Source of the DNA: an uncultured Clostridium sp.
Lineage (GTDB): Bacteria; Bacillota_I; Bacilli_A; RF39; UBA660
NCBI GenBank assembly: GCA_946402315.1
Contig: CAMIWC010000002.1
Location: 36,432 to 100,431 of the forward strand
Length of the DNA stretch: 64,000 bases
Direction of reading: 5' to 3'
In this document: positions 47,158 to 56,662 of the stretch, one piece after another
How positions within the stretch are numbered: the first letter of the stretch is position 1
Layout: each line of letters starts with the position of its first letter
Notes under the pieces: generated by a model
Told to the model about the DNA's origin: nothing
Database searches by the model: none
Seen by the model: the letters and a program-made list of their open reading frames with translations, nothing else
Program-made: the position numbers and the translations under genes

Positions 47158-48008
47158 ATGAAATATTAGTTGTAGATAAACCAGAAAATTGGACAAGTCG
47201 TGATGTAGTTAATAAGATAAGTCATAAATTTAATACTCGTAAAGTAGGACATTTAGGTACACTTGATCCTATCGCAACAGGAGTATTAATAATTCTTCTT
47301 GGAGAAGCAGTAAAACTTAATGATTTAGTGCTTAATGATACTAAAGAATATATTGCTACTGCTAAAATTGGCATTCTTACTGATACCTTAGATATTACTG
47401 GTAATATTCTAAAAGAAAGTAGTCATATTCCTACTAAAGAAGAGATTAATTCTATACTTAAAACCTTTCTTGGTAAAAGTATTCAAGAAGTGCCTCTTTA
47501 TTCATCTGTTAAAGTTAATGGTAGAAGACTATATGATTATGCTAGAGAAGGTACTTTAGTAGAATTACCTAAACGAGAAATAGAAATATTTAATATAGAA
47601 CTTCTTGATTATAAAGAAGATACATTTTCCTTTAAAGTACTTGTAAGTAAAGGTACATATATTAGAAGTCTTATTAGAGATATAGGTACTAAACTTAATA
47701 TATGTTGTACTATGTCTTCTTTAAGAAGAACTAAACAAGGAAATATTACAATAGAAGAATCTTATACGTTAGATGATATTCTTAATGATAAATATACTTC
47801 TTTATCATTTGAAGAACTATTAAAGGATTATCCTTCAGTTGTAGTAGATTCATATTTAGAAAAGAAAATAAGAAATGGTAGACCTCTAGAAAATAGATAT
47901 AATTATGATAAATTTATTTATTTAAATGAATCAGGAAAAGTACTAGCAATATATGAAACAACTCCTGATAAAAAAGAAGTAAAACCATATAAAGTTTTTA
48001 ATTTATAA
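47154..48008 (+). CDS. truB: tRNA pseudouridine(55) synthase
   Basis: VGHLGTLDPIATG, KEY, PLYSSVKVNGRRLYDYAR, SKGTYIRSL; ATGA overlap with the mutM stop. Confidence 0.95.
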   Translation: MNEILVVDKPENWTSRDVVNKISHKFNTRKVGHLGTLDPIATGVLIILLGEAVKLNDLVLNDTKEYIATAKIGILTDTLDITGNILKESSHIPTKEEINSILKTFLGKSIQEVPLYSSVKVNGRRLYDYAREGTLVELPKREIEIFNIELLDYKEDTFSFKVLVSKGTYIRSLIRDIGTKLNICCTMSSLRRTKQGNITIEESYTLDDILNDKYTSLSFEELLKDYPSVVVDSYLEKKIRNGRPLENRYNYDKFIYLNESGKVLAIYETTPDKKEVKPYKVFNL

Positions 48009-48037
48009 ATAGTCTAGAAAAACTAGATTATTTTTTG
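48009..48037 (+). terminator. Terminator
   Basis: AGTCTAG-aaaaa-CTAGATT followed by a T-run. Confidence 0.55.
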
Positions 48038-48100
48038 TTAAAAACTATTAAAAATTATTTGGTTATGATATAACTATATATAGGTATAGAAGGTGATTAT

Positions 48101-48928
48101 ATGAACGTTGAGTTCACAACAAATGATTATTTATTAGCTTGGTATTTATTATTTAAACCTTCTTTCTGTGAAGAAATGCAAAGTCTTAAAGTCAAACTTT
48201 ATAAAAACTATGCAAAACAATATATGGCTTTAGAGAAAGAAAATGTTGAAATACTTAAATATAACCATGATTTTATTCCAGATGATGATACTATTTACAA
48301 CATTGTATTTGAATCAGATATATTTCAAGAAATAAAAAAAGAGACAGATAAGCATCGTATCTATTTAATGAAATTATGGGATACTAATCAAAAAAAGATT
48401 AAAACGTTACTTAAAGAAGTAACTAGAATACATATCAAGGATGATTTTAATATTATTGTTATTCATCCTAAATTAGATACGATTGAGTTTATTGAAACTA
48501 ATCCTAAAAAAAATATATCTTGGGGAAAATCAGATGATACTGAAAATGATATTCAAACTCTTATGAGAATTCTTTATACAATTACTAAATATGATTTAGG
48601 ATCTTTCCATAAAGAGAGTAAAGAAATAGTAGCATCTATCTTAGATTTAGCTATTACTAATGAACTACAAACTAGATTAGTAGGTATGAGTAAATATAAT
48701 GAAGGATTTAAGAGTTTAAGAACCATGAAAAAACAATTGTATCCATACTTTTTAATGTATTTAGGAGCAGTTGATAAAGAAGACCTAATTGGTTATATGA
48801 TGCGTGATAAAATAGCATTTGATTTAGATAAATATAGAATAGAAGAGGACCTTAAAGAAGTTGATTTATTTGAATTTATAGATTTCTGTTGTAAGAATCA
48901 AAAGTATATATTAAAAATAAATAACTAA
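48101..48928 (+). CDS. Hypothetical cytoplasmic protein apparently co-transcribed with polC
   Basis: 275-aa ORF, RBS AAGGTGA, 23 bp before polC with no terminator. Confidence 0.75.
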   Translation: MNVEFTTNDYLLAWYLLFKPSFCEEMQSLKVKLYKNYAKQYMALEKENVEILKYNHDFIPDDDTIYNIVFESDIFQEIKKETDKHRIYLMKLWDTNQKKIKTLLKEVTRIHIKDDFNIIVIHPKLDTIEFIETNPKKNISWGKSDDTENDIQTLMRILYTITKYDLGSFHKESKEIVASILDLAITNELQTRLVGMSKYNEGFKSLRTMKKQLYPYFLMYLGAVDKEDLIGYMMRDKIAFDLDKYRIEEDLKEVDLFEFIDFCCKNQKYILKINN

Positions 48929-48951
48929 AAAATATTTATAGGGGGTATATT

Positions 48952-51900
48952 ATGGACAAAGAGATTAAAAACTTGTTAGAAAAGTTAAAGATTGATCTTA
49001 AGTATTATGGCGAATTTGATAACGCTACTGTTGTTAAAGTTGCCATAAATAAAAAATATAATGTAGTTTCATTATATTTAAATACTGAATCTAATCTTAG
49101 TATTGAATTATATGAAGAATTAGAAAAATCTTTAAATATCTTTTTTAATAGTGATAGATCTCTTGTTTTTATTAATCCTAAAAATAGAAATTTAGATTGT
49201 TTTAATAGTTATTTTAATAAAGCATTTAAAATATTAGAAAAGAATAATCCTATTATAAATATCTTTAGTGATAGATTAGTTAGAGTAGAAGATAATTACT
49301 ATGTAGAAGTACTTAATAAAGCAGAACAAAAACAAATAGGTTTATTTTTAAAAGATATTAATTCATATATAAATATGTATGGATATAGTGTAAGTATAAG
49401 TACTCAAATAAATGAAGAAAAAAGAAATGATATAAAGCATAGTATAGATAATGAAAAAGAAAAGACTAAAGAAGAAGTAAAAGAAATAGAACATCAAAAA
49501 GAGGAAAGAAAAAAAGAAGCAATTCTTTTAAAGAAACAACGTGAAGAAAAAATAAAGATTGAAAAAGAACAAACAGATGATAGTGTTCTTAAGGGAAGAG
49601 CTATCTTAGATAAAGTTAAATCTATCAAAGAATTAATTAAAGAGGAAGATTCAGTATCTATCGAAGGAGAAATATTTGGAGTAGATACTTTTGAACCAGC
49701 TAGTCATGAATTTAAAATAATTACATTAAAAGTAACTGATTATACTGATAGTATTACAGCTAAATTATTCTTAAGAGATGATGAAGAATATAATTCAATT
49801 ATTAAGAGATTAAAAGCTGGTACTAGTGTTAGATTAAGAGGATATACTAAAGTAGATAAATATTCTGGTTCAGAACTTGTTCTTAATTTAAGAGATATAA
49901 ATGTTATAGAAAAAGTAGTTAATAAAAGAGTAGATAATTATCCTCGAAAAAGAATAGAACTTCATACACATACTAAAATGAGTGATATGGATTCAGTATG
50001 TGATGAAGTAGATTTAGTTAAACAAGCTATTAAATGGGGACATCCTGGAATAGCTATAACTGATCATGATTGTTGCCAAGCTTTTCCTCATGTTTATGGA
50101 GAAGTATCTAAGTATAATAAAGGGTTAGATGCTCCTGTAAAAGATGCTAAGAAAAAAGTAGAAGAGTTAGAGAAAGAGGTAGAAGAACATCCAGAAAAAG
50201 CTAATTTACTTGAACTAGCTAAAGAAGAGTTAGAAGCAGCAAAAGAAACACGCAAGAACACTCCTAATTTTAAAGCCTTATATGGTTGCGAACTAGAAAT
50301 GAGTGAAGATTTTTTAAATATAGTTTATAACTTAAAAGACGGTAAAATAGATGATTTAACATTTGTTGTATTCGATACTGAGACAACTGGTTTTAATGCT
50401 GGTTTAAATGACTCTATGATTGAAATAGGTGCCGTTAAAGTAAAAAATGGTGTTATTACTGATGAAAGATTTGATGAATTAATCAATCCTGGATGTCATA
50501 TAGATCCAGTTATTACATCACTTACTGGTATTAGTGATTATAAAGTTCGTGATGCTGATAATGAAGAAAATGTTACTAAGAGATTTAAAGATTTTATTGG
50601 AGATGCTGTATTAGTTGCTCATAATGCTAAATTTGATAAATCTATGTTAGATATGGCTTATTATAAATATAATTTAGGAGTATTAACTAATCCTATTGTA
50701 GATACTTTAAATCTATCTAGAGTAATTAATCCTGATTTAAAGAGACATAGTTTATCTGCATTAACAAAGTTCTACAAAATAGAAATGGATGAAGTAGATA
50801 ATGAAGATGATGAAGATAGAGTTGTTTCTGTAGAAGAAGAAATAGATTTTAATAATGACCTATCTGGTATTAAAGAGATTAAAGTAAATGGAAATGTTGC
50901 TTATTCTGATGAAGATAAGAAATTAATTCAAATAGAATTTGAAGAAGAAACAGAGGTAAATATTGAAGTTACTTACATTGATTCTTCTACAACGTCAGTT
51001 ATTAATCTTGGTAGTCGTAAAGAATTAATTAAACCAGGAAAGAATAATATTCTTATTAAATATGTTGATAATAATGAAGAGAAAGAAGTAACAATAGTTG
51101 TTAATAAAGTAAGAAGTCACCATAGAGCTGATTACGATGCTGAAAAATCTGCTGAAATGTTCATTAAGATGTTAGGTAGTATTAAAGGACTTAATACTTT
51201 AAATGAACTAGCTAGTGTTGATTTCTTAGCAGAAACTATAGGATTAGAACTTAATCCGTTAGAAACAGAATATGATAATATTCCACATAAGACAGTAGCT
51301 GAAAAAGTTATTAATGATAATAGTAGAAGTATGCATGTTAACTTAATAGCGCAAAATAAAGTTGGTCTTAAAAATCTATTTAAGATTATTAGTTATGCTA
51401 ATACTGGTTTCTTACTAAAATATGCTAGAATTCCTAGAAGAATAATTGAAGAAAATAGAGAAGGATTATTAATTGGTTCTTGTTGTGAAAATGGAGAAAT
51501 CTTTGATATAGCTTTAACTCGTACTGAAGATGATTTAATTAAAGCTATGAGTTTCTATGATTATATAGAAATACAACCTCCTACTAATTATCTATATTTA
51601 GTTAAAAATAGAGATATTAATAGTATTGAAGAAATACATCAAGTAATTAATAAGATAATTACATGTGCTAAAAAAGCTGGAAAGATTGTATGCGCTACTG
51701 GAGATGTTCACAATATTAATAAAGAAGATTTAATATATCGTGAAATAGTAGTAAATCAATCTAGTCCTTCTAAAGGAAGACATCCATTAGCTAGATATTT
51801 AAATCATCAAGCTATTAGTCCAGCTAATGAAAGTTTACTTGAAACATATAAAAAGAAAAATAAAAATGAATACAATGAAGATTTATCTTTAGTAGAAGAG

Positions 51901-54585
51901 AAAATATTAAAGATAATTATATCTTTATCTGAATTTAAAAATATAAAAATAAATAGATCTAATTTATATGATTTATATGTTCCTGAAGATAATGAAGAAG
52001 TTTTTAAAAAGAGTAAAACTGATGAAGAGAAAAAAGAAGCAATTAATAGTGCTTTAAGAAAATTAGAATCTCATGAATTTATAAAATCTAGTTATGATGA
52101 AGGGGTAGAATTATTCTCTTTAAAATGTAAAATAAAAGAATCTAATCTAGGAGAAGACCCTGAAATACCTAATGAATATTTTAGAACTACTGATGAAATG
52201 ATGGATGAATTTAGTTTCTTAGATCATGATTTGGCTGAAAATATAGTAATAGATAACCCTAGAAAAGTTATGGATTTAGTAGATGAATTTGAAGTAATAG
52301 AGTATCCTGAAGTACCTTATTCACCTATTATTGAGGATTCACAAAAGATAGTTACTGATATGGTATATGATAAATGCGAAAGTATTTATGGTAGTCCACT
52401 TCCATATAATATTGAAGAGCGTTTATCTAAAGAACTATATGGAGATTGTGTCTTTGAATTATTAAAGAAACAATTTAAAGAAAAATATCCTGATAAAGAA
52501 GAATCTGATTATCAAGAAGAGTTATATGCTGAACTTAATAAAACTATAAGAAGTGGATTTGAACATATTAAAGATTTATTAAGAAAAGATATTAAGAAAG
52601 ATAATCCTGATTTTGATGATAAACAAATTGAAGGTAAATTAACTAAGACTTTAGGTGGAGTAATTGGTGGAGGATTTGATGTTATTTATCTTATTGCTCA
52701 AAAACTGGTTAAACACTCTAATGATGATGGCTACTTAGTTGGATCTCGTGGATCTGTTGGATCAAGTTTTGTTGCAACTATGATGGGTATAACAGAAGTT
52801 AATCCACTTCCAGCACATTATGTTTGTCCTAAATGTAAACATTCAATTTTTGATGATAAAGATGGTAACAGTCTAGGAGCAACTTATTCATCTGGTTTTG
52901 ACCTTCCTGATTTAAAATGTCCAGAATGTGGAACTCCAATGAGTAAAAATGGACAAGATATGCCATTTGCAACATTCTTAGGATTTAATGCTGATAAAGT
53001 ACCAGATATTGACTTAAACTTCTCTGGAGATAATCAAGCTAGTGCTCATGAATATACTAAAGAGTTGTTTGGTACTGATAATGTATATCGTGCTGGTACT
53101 ATTGGTACAGTCGCAGATAAAACTGCTTATGGATTCGTTCAAGGTTATGAAGAATCTAAAGAGTTTGACAAATTAAAAGTAATAATGAATTCTTATGGAC
53201 TTAAACCTCCGTCAAAGGATGATTTAAAGAAAAAAGGACTTATTAAGAGTAGACTTAGAAACTGTGAAACAGAACGTATATCAATAGGATGTACTGGTGT
53301 TAAGAGAACTACTGGACAACATCCAGGAGGAATTGTAGTAGTTCCAGGATATAGAGATGTCTTTGACTTTACTCCATTCCAATATCCAGCTAATGATCCT
53401 ACTGTTCCTTGGAGAACTACTCACTTTGATTACCATGCAATTGATCAAGACTTATTAAAACTAGATATTCTTGGTCACGATGATCCTACTGTACTTAGAC
53501 TTTTACAAGATTTATCTAAAGAAGCGATTATCTTAGGTGATGATAAAAATAAATATCCACTTAATGAAGCTGGAGAAGTAGATGTTACATGTATTCCGTT
53601 AGATGATAAAGAAACAATGAAAATATTCTCATCTACAAATTCATTAGGTGTTACTGAAGAAGAAATAATGTGTCCAACTGGAACATTAGGTGTTCCTGAA
53701 TTTGGTACAAAGTTTGTTATTCAAATGTTAGTTGATACTAAACCAACTACATTTGCTGAACTTGTTAAAATATCAGGATTATCTCATGGTACTGATGTAT
53801 GGCTTGGTAATGCTCAAGACTTAATTACTAATAAAATCGTACCATTTAAAGAAGTTATTGGATGCCGTGATGATATTATGGTTTACCTAAGTTATCATGG
53901 AGTAGTACCAATTAAAGCATTCAAAATAATGGAATTTGTTCGTAAAGGTAAAGCTTCTAAAGAACCAGATACATGGGAAAATTGGAAACAAGTAATGTTA
54001 GATGCTAAGATTGAACCTTGGTTTATTGATTCTTGTCAAAAGATTAAGTACATGTTCCCTAAAGCTCATGCAGCTGCTTATGTAACAAGTGCCTTTAGAA
54101 TAGCTTGGTACAAAGTCCATCATCCAATTCTATATTATGCTGCTTACTTCTCAATTAGATGTGAAGCATTTGATATAGATTCTATGGTTAGAGGATATGA
54201 TGGAATCAAAAATAAGTTACTTGAAATAGATGAAAAAGGAGCTAGTGCTACTAATAAAGAAAAAGATACATATGATGTATTAAGAGTATGTTTAGAAGCC
54301 GCAGCTCGTGGTATTAAATTTAAAAATGTAGATATAAATGAATCTGATGGTAAATACTTTAAGATTGATAAAGATAGAAAAACTCTTATTATTCCATTTA
54401 AAGCAATGGATGGCCTTGGAGAAAATGTTGCCCAAGGTATAGTAGAAGAAAGAGAAAAAGAACCATTTATTAGTATTGAAGATTTACAAAAAAGAGGACA
54501 TGTATCTAAAACGTTAATTGATAATATGACTAAGATGGGAATCTTAGATGGACTTAGTGATAGTAATCAGTTGACATTGTTCTAA
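48952..54585 (+). CDS. polC: DNA polymerase III PolC-type, unusually long (1877 aa) with several insertions
   Basis: PHP ELHTHTKMSDMD/AITDH; DEDDh exonuclease VFDTETTG, AHNAKFD, HRADYDAE; GSRGSVGSS; KVPDIDLNFSG; LKLDILGHDDPT; YMFPKAHAAAY; C-terminal clamp-binding QLTLF. Confidence 0.97.
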   Translation: MDKEIKNLLEKLKIDLKYYGEFDNATVVKVAINKKYNVVSLYLNTESNLSIELYEELEKSLNIFFNSDRSLVFINPKNRNLDCFNSYFNKAFKILEKNNPIINIFSDRLVRVEDNYYVEVLNKAEQKQIGLFLKDINSYINMYGYSVSISTQINEEKRNDIKHSIDNEKEKTKEEVKEIEHQKEERKKEAILLKKQREEKIKIEKEQTDDSVLKGRAILDKVKSIKELIKEEDSVSIEGEIFGVDTFEPASHEFKIITLKVTDYTDSITAKLFLRDDEEYNSIIKRLKAGTSVRLRGYTKVDKYSGSELVLNLRDINVIEKVVNKRVDNYPRKRIELHTHTKMSDMDSVCDEVDLVKQAIKWGHPGIAITDHDCCQAFPHVYGEVSKYNKGLDAPVKDAKKKVEELEKEVEEHPEKANLLELAKEELEAAKETRKNTPNFKALYGCELEMSEDFLNIVYNLKDGKIDDLTFVVFDTETTGFNAGLNDSMIEIGAVKVKNGVITDERFDELINPGCHIDPVITSLTGISDYKVRDADNEENVTKRFKDFIGDAVLVAHNAKFDKSMLDMAYYKYNLGVLTNPIVDTLNLSRVINPDLKRHSLSALTKFYKIEMDEVDNEDDEDRVVSVEEEIDFNNDLSGIKEIKVNGNVAYSDEDKKLIQIEFEEETEVNIEVTYIDSSTTSVINLGSRKELIKPGKNNILIKYVDNNEEKEVTIVVNKVRSHHRADYDAEKSAEMFIKMLGSIKGLNTLNELASVDFLAETIGLELNPLETEYDNIPHKTVAEKVINDNSRSMHVNLIAQNKVGLKNLFKIISYANTGFLLKYARIPRRIIEENREGLLIGSCCENGEIFDIALTRTEDDLIKAMSFYDYIEIQPPTNYLYLVKNRDINSIEEIHQVINKIITCAKKAGKIVCATGDVHNINKEDLIYREIVVNQSSPSKGRHPLARYLNHQAISPANESLLETYKKKNKNEYNEDLSLVEEKILKIIISLSEFKNIKINRSNLYDLYVPEDNEEVFKKSKTDEEKKEAINSALRKLESHEFIKSSYDEGVELFSLKCKIKESNLGEDPEIPNEYFRTTDEMMDEFSFLDHDLAENIVIDNPRKVMDLVDEFEVIEYPEVPYSPIIEDSQKIVTDMVYDKCESIYGSPLPYNIEERLSKELYGDCVFELLKKQFKEKYPDKEESDYQEELYAELNKTIRSGFEHIKDLLRKDIKKDNPDFDDKQIEGKLTKTLGGVIGGGFDVIYLIAQKLVKHSNDDGYLVGSRGSVGSSFVATMMGITEVNPLPAHYVCPKCKHSIFDDKDGNSLGATYSSGFDLPDLKCPECGTPMSKNGQDMPFATFLGFNADKVPDIDLNFSGDNQASAHEYTKELFGTDNVYRAGTIGTVADKTAYGFVQGYEESKEFDKLKVIMNSYGLKPPSKDDLKKKGLIKSRLRNCETERISIGCTGVKRTTGQHPGGIVVVPGYRDVFDFTPFQYPANDPTVPWRTTHFDYHAIDQDLLKLDILGHDDPTVLRLLQDLSKEAIILGDDKNKYPLNEAGEVDVTCIPLDDKETMKIFSSTNSLGVTEEEIMCPTGTLGVPEFGTKFVIQMLVDTKPTTFAELVKISGLSHGTDVWLGNAQDLITNKIVPFKEVIGCRDDIMVYLSYHGVVPIKAFKIMEFVRKGKASKEPDTWENWKQVMLDAKIEPWFIDSCQKIKYMFPKAHAAAYVTSAFRIAWYKVHHPILYYAAYFSIRCEAFDIDSMVRGYDGIKNKLLEIDEKGASATNKEKDTYDVLRVCLEAAARGIKFKNVDINESDGKYFKIDKDRKTLIIPFKAMDGLGENVAQGIVEEREKEPFISIEDLQKRGHVSKTLIDNMTKMGILDGLSDSNQLTLF

Positions 54586-54633
54586 CTAGAAAAAATAAGC
54601 AAAATATGATATAATATTAGATGAGGTGGTTGT

Positions 54634-54807
54634 GTGGATAATTTAATCGAATTAGCAACTTTTAATGATGATAAATTTGGTATGGTAACTCAATTTATTG
54701 ATAACCAATATACAATTGTATTTATGAAAAAAACTGATAATGGTTATATACCAATTACACCAGAAGAAAACAATAAACTTAAAAGCAAATATTTAGGTGG
54801 TGAATAA
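54634..54807 (+). CDS. Small 57-aa protein missing from the ORF track (MDNLIELATFNDDKFGMVTQF...KYLGGE)
   Basis: TGATATAAT promoter at 54607-54615, RBS GAGGTGG, GTG at 54634, TAA at 54805-54807, one base before the ATG of the next gene. Confidence 0.65.
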   Translation: MDNLIELATFNDDKFGMVTQFIDNQYTIVFMKKTDNGYIPITPEENNKLKSKYLGGE

Positions 54808-54808
54808 A

Positions 54809-56611
54809 ATGGATACATTTAAAAGTGAATTTACAGCATTTTTAATGCAAATAACTGGATTTACTACTATTGATGAACTACGCACAAATGGATATGACAT
54901 TTTACTAAATCGTTTAGATACAATTTATTTATTAAATAAAGAAGCTGAAGCTATTGCTAATGGAGAACTACATGCAATTAATCCAGATGCTCCAGCTAAA
55001 CTTTCAACAACTGCAAAAATAGTGAAAGATCAAATAATTAATGGCTATTTTTCTAATCAAGTTATTAGACAAATGATAGGATATTTTGATCGTCCCGATA
55101 TTCCTGAATCAGAAAGAATACCAGCAGTTCCTGTTGAAAATAGGGCAGAAGCTTTCAATAATCTTATTACTAGATATGGTTTCTTTAGTGATGCAGTAAC
55201 TCGTTACATAACTCCTTTAGGAGATACTCCTTTAACTGATGAGGTTTTAGAATCTGTACGAGTTGCTATACAGGGTGATGTTATTTCATTTCCTGAATTG
55301 TTTGATCGAGTAAATAATGAATGGGAAGAATATGTTATTAATTCAGCTGCAGATGCAGATAGGGCTTTCGATTTTGGTGCAGAAGTAGATAGATTAATTG
55401 CTGGATTATCTCCAGAATTGCAAACTGACATCAAAAATTATGCAAGAACATATTATGATAAGAGAGAAGAATTTGAATCTTTAACTGGAGAAGCTAAAGA
55501 AACTGCACAAAGAGAATTAGATGAATTAACTGATTTAATAGAAGAAAAATTTTCTCATGTTCCAGGATTGAATGAGTTGTTTTATTACTATGTTGAAAGT
55601 ATAGAAGTTGAAGAAAGTTATAGAGAGGCGGATGAAGCAGGAAGAAGACCACCGGAATTACCAGATGAAACAATTCATGAACCAGATGTAACTAGAAGTC
55701 AAAATGTAAATAGCAGATTTCTTGTAGATCCTGTTACTGGTGAGGTAATTGAAAATAGAGGATCTTTTGAACAAAGAGTAAGAAATACAACTAGAGTTGT
55801 TGAAGGATACTCTTGGAGAAATGAAGAGACTATTGTAACAAGACTTAATGAAGAAAGAGAAAAAATTGTTAAGAAGAACATGCCTGGAAAGGTAGAAGAT
55901 CTTAAAACACAATTAAAAGATCAAAGAAAAGCAAAACCTAAAAACAAAGCAGCTATTAAAAAGACAAAAGAACAAATTAAAACATTACAAGCAAAAAGAA
56001 AGGTGCTTGAAGACAAATATGGACCTAATTGGGAAGAAGCGTATAAGAGAGAGTTAGAAGCATCAGTTTTAAGAGCACAAGTTCAAACATGCGATAGAGT
56101 ATATGGAGTTAATGAAGCTGCTCAAGCACGCGCAGAAAGAAGAGCTGCTATGGAGCGTGGTGAAACACTTCCTGAATCAACAAAAGAGGTTTCATTTGAT
56201 GAATTAAGATTTGTTGCTAGAAATTTTGAACAAAGAACAATGGAAGATGGTAGTTCCGTATTAGTTGATAGAGAAACGAATCGTCCAGTATTATCTGAAA
56301 GAACAAAAGCTATATACGGATTTGCTCATAATATAATGGAGGCTTATGGAAGTAATTCTCCAGATGCAGTATTCAATAATGATGTTAGAACATATTATGA
56401 ATATGTTATGAGAGAAAGTAAAAAAGCAATGCTTAGTGATGGTGAAGTAACAACTGAAACACTTACAGGAATTGTTTCTAGTCTTCACGTAAATCAATTT
56501 AAAGAAGCAATGTTAGGTAGTGTTGAAAAAACGACTGCTACAGAAGCGTTCTTTGCTGCTCAAACACCAAGAACAGCAGCAAGAACTACAGAAGAAACAA
56601 GAACAGTATAA
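54809..56611 (+). CDS. Hypothetical helical, Glu/Arg-rich cytoplasmic protein
   Basis: About 600-aa ORF; ATG at 54809 after AGGTGG; no signal peptide or TM; no recognisable motif. Confidence 0.75.
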   Translation: MDTFKSEFTAFLMQITGFTTIDELRTNGYDILLNRLDTIYLLNKEAEAIANGELHAINPDAPAKLSTTAKIVKDQIINGYFSNQVIRQMIGYFDRPDIPESERIPAVPVENRAEAFNNLITRYGFFSDAVTRYITPLGDTPLTDEVLESVRVAIQGDVISFPELFDRVNNEWEEYVINSAADADRAFDFGAEVDRLIAGLSPELQTDIKNYARTYYDKREEFESLTGEAKETAQRELDELTDLIEEKFSHVPGLNELFYYYVESIEVEESYREADEAGRRPPELPDETIHEPDVTRSQNVNSRFLVDPVTGEVIENRGSFEQRVRNTTRVVEGYSWRNEETIVTRLNEEREKIVKKNMPGKVEDLKTQLKDQRKAKPKNKAAIKKTKEQIKTLQAKRKVLEDKYGPNWEEAYKRELEASVLRAQVQTCDRVYGVNEAAQARAERRAAMERGETLPESTKEVSFDELRFVARNFEQRTMEDGSSVLVDRETNRPVLSERTKAIYGFAHNIMEAYGSNSPDAVFNNDVRTYYEYVMRESKKAMLSDGEVTTETLTGIVSSLHVNQFKEAMLGSVEKTTATEAFFAAQTPRTAARTTEETRTV

Positions 56612-56615
56612 AAAT

Positions 56616-56644
56616 AGAAGTAAGTAGAAGTACTTCTTCTTTTT
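56616..56644 (+). terminator. Probable terminator
   Basis: Imperfect AGAAGTA...TACTTCT hairpin plus T-run. Confidence 0.45.
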
Positions 56645-56662
56645 AAATTATAAGGAGGAAAT

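Noticed and set aside
50785-52655. Inteins as the explanation for the PolC insertions
   Set aside because: No insert shows the C/S start plus His-Asn end followed by C/S/T, and no LAGLIDADG motifs are visible
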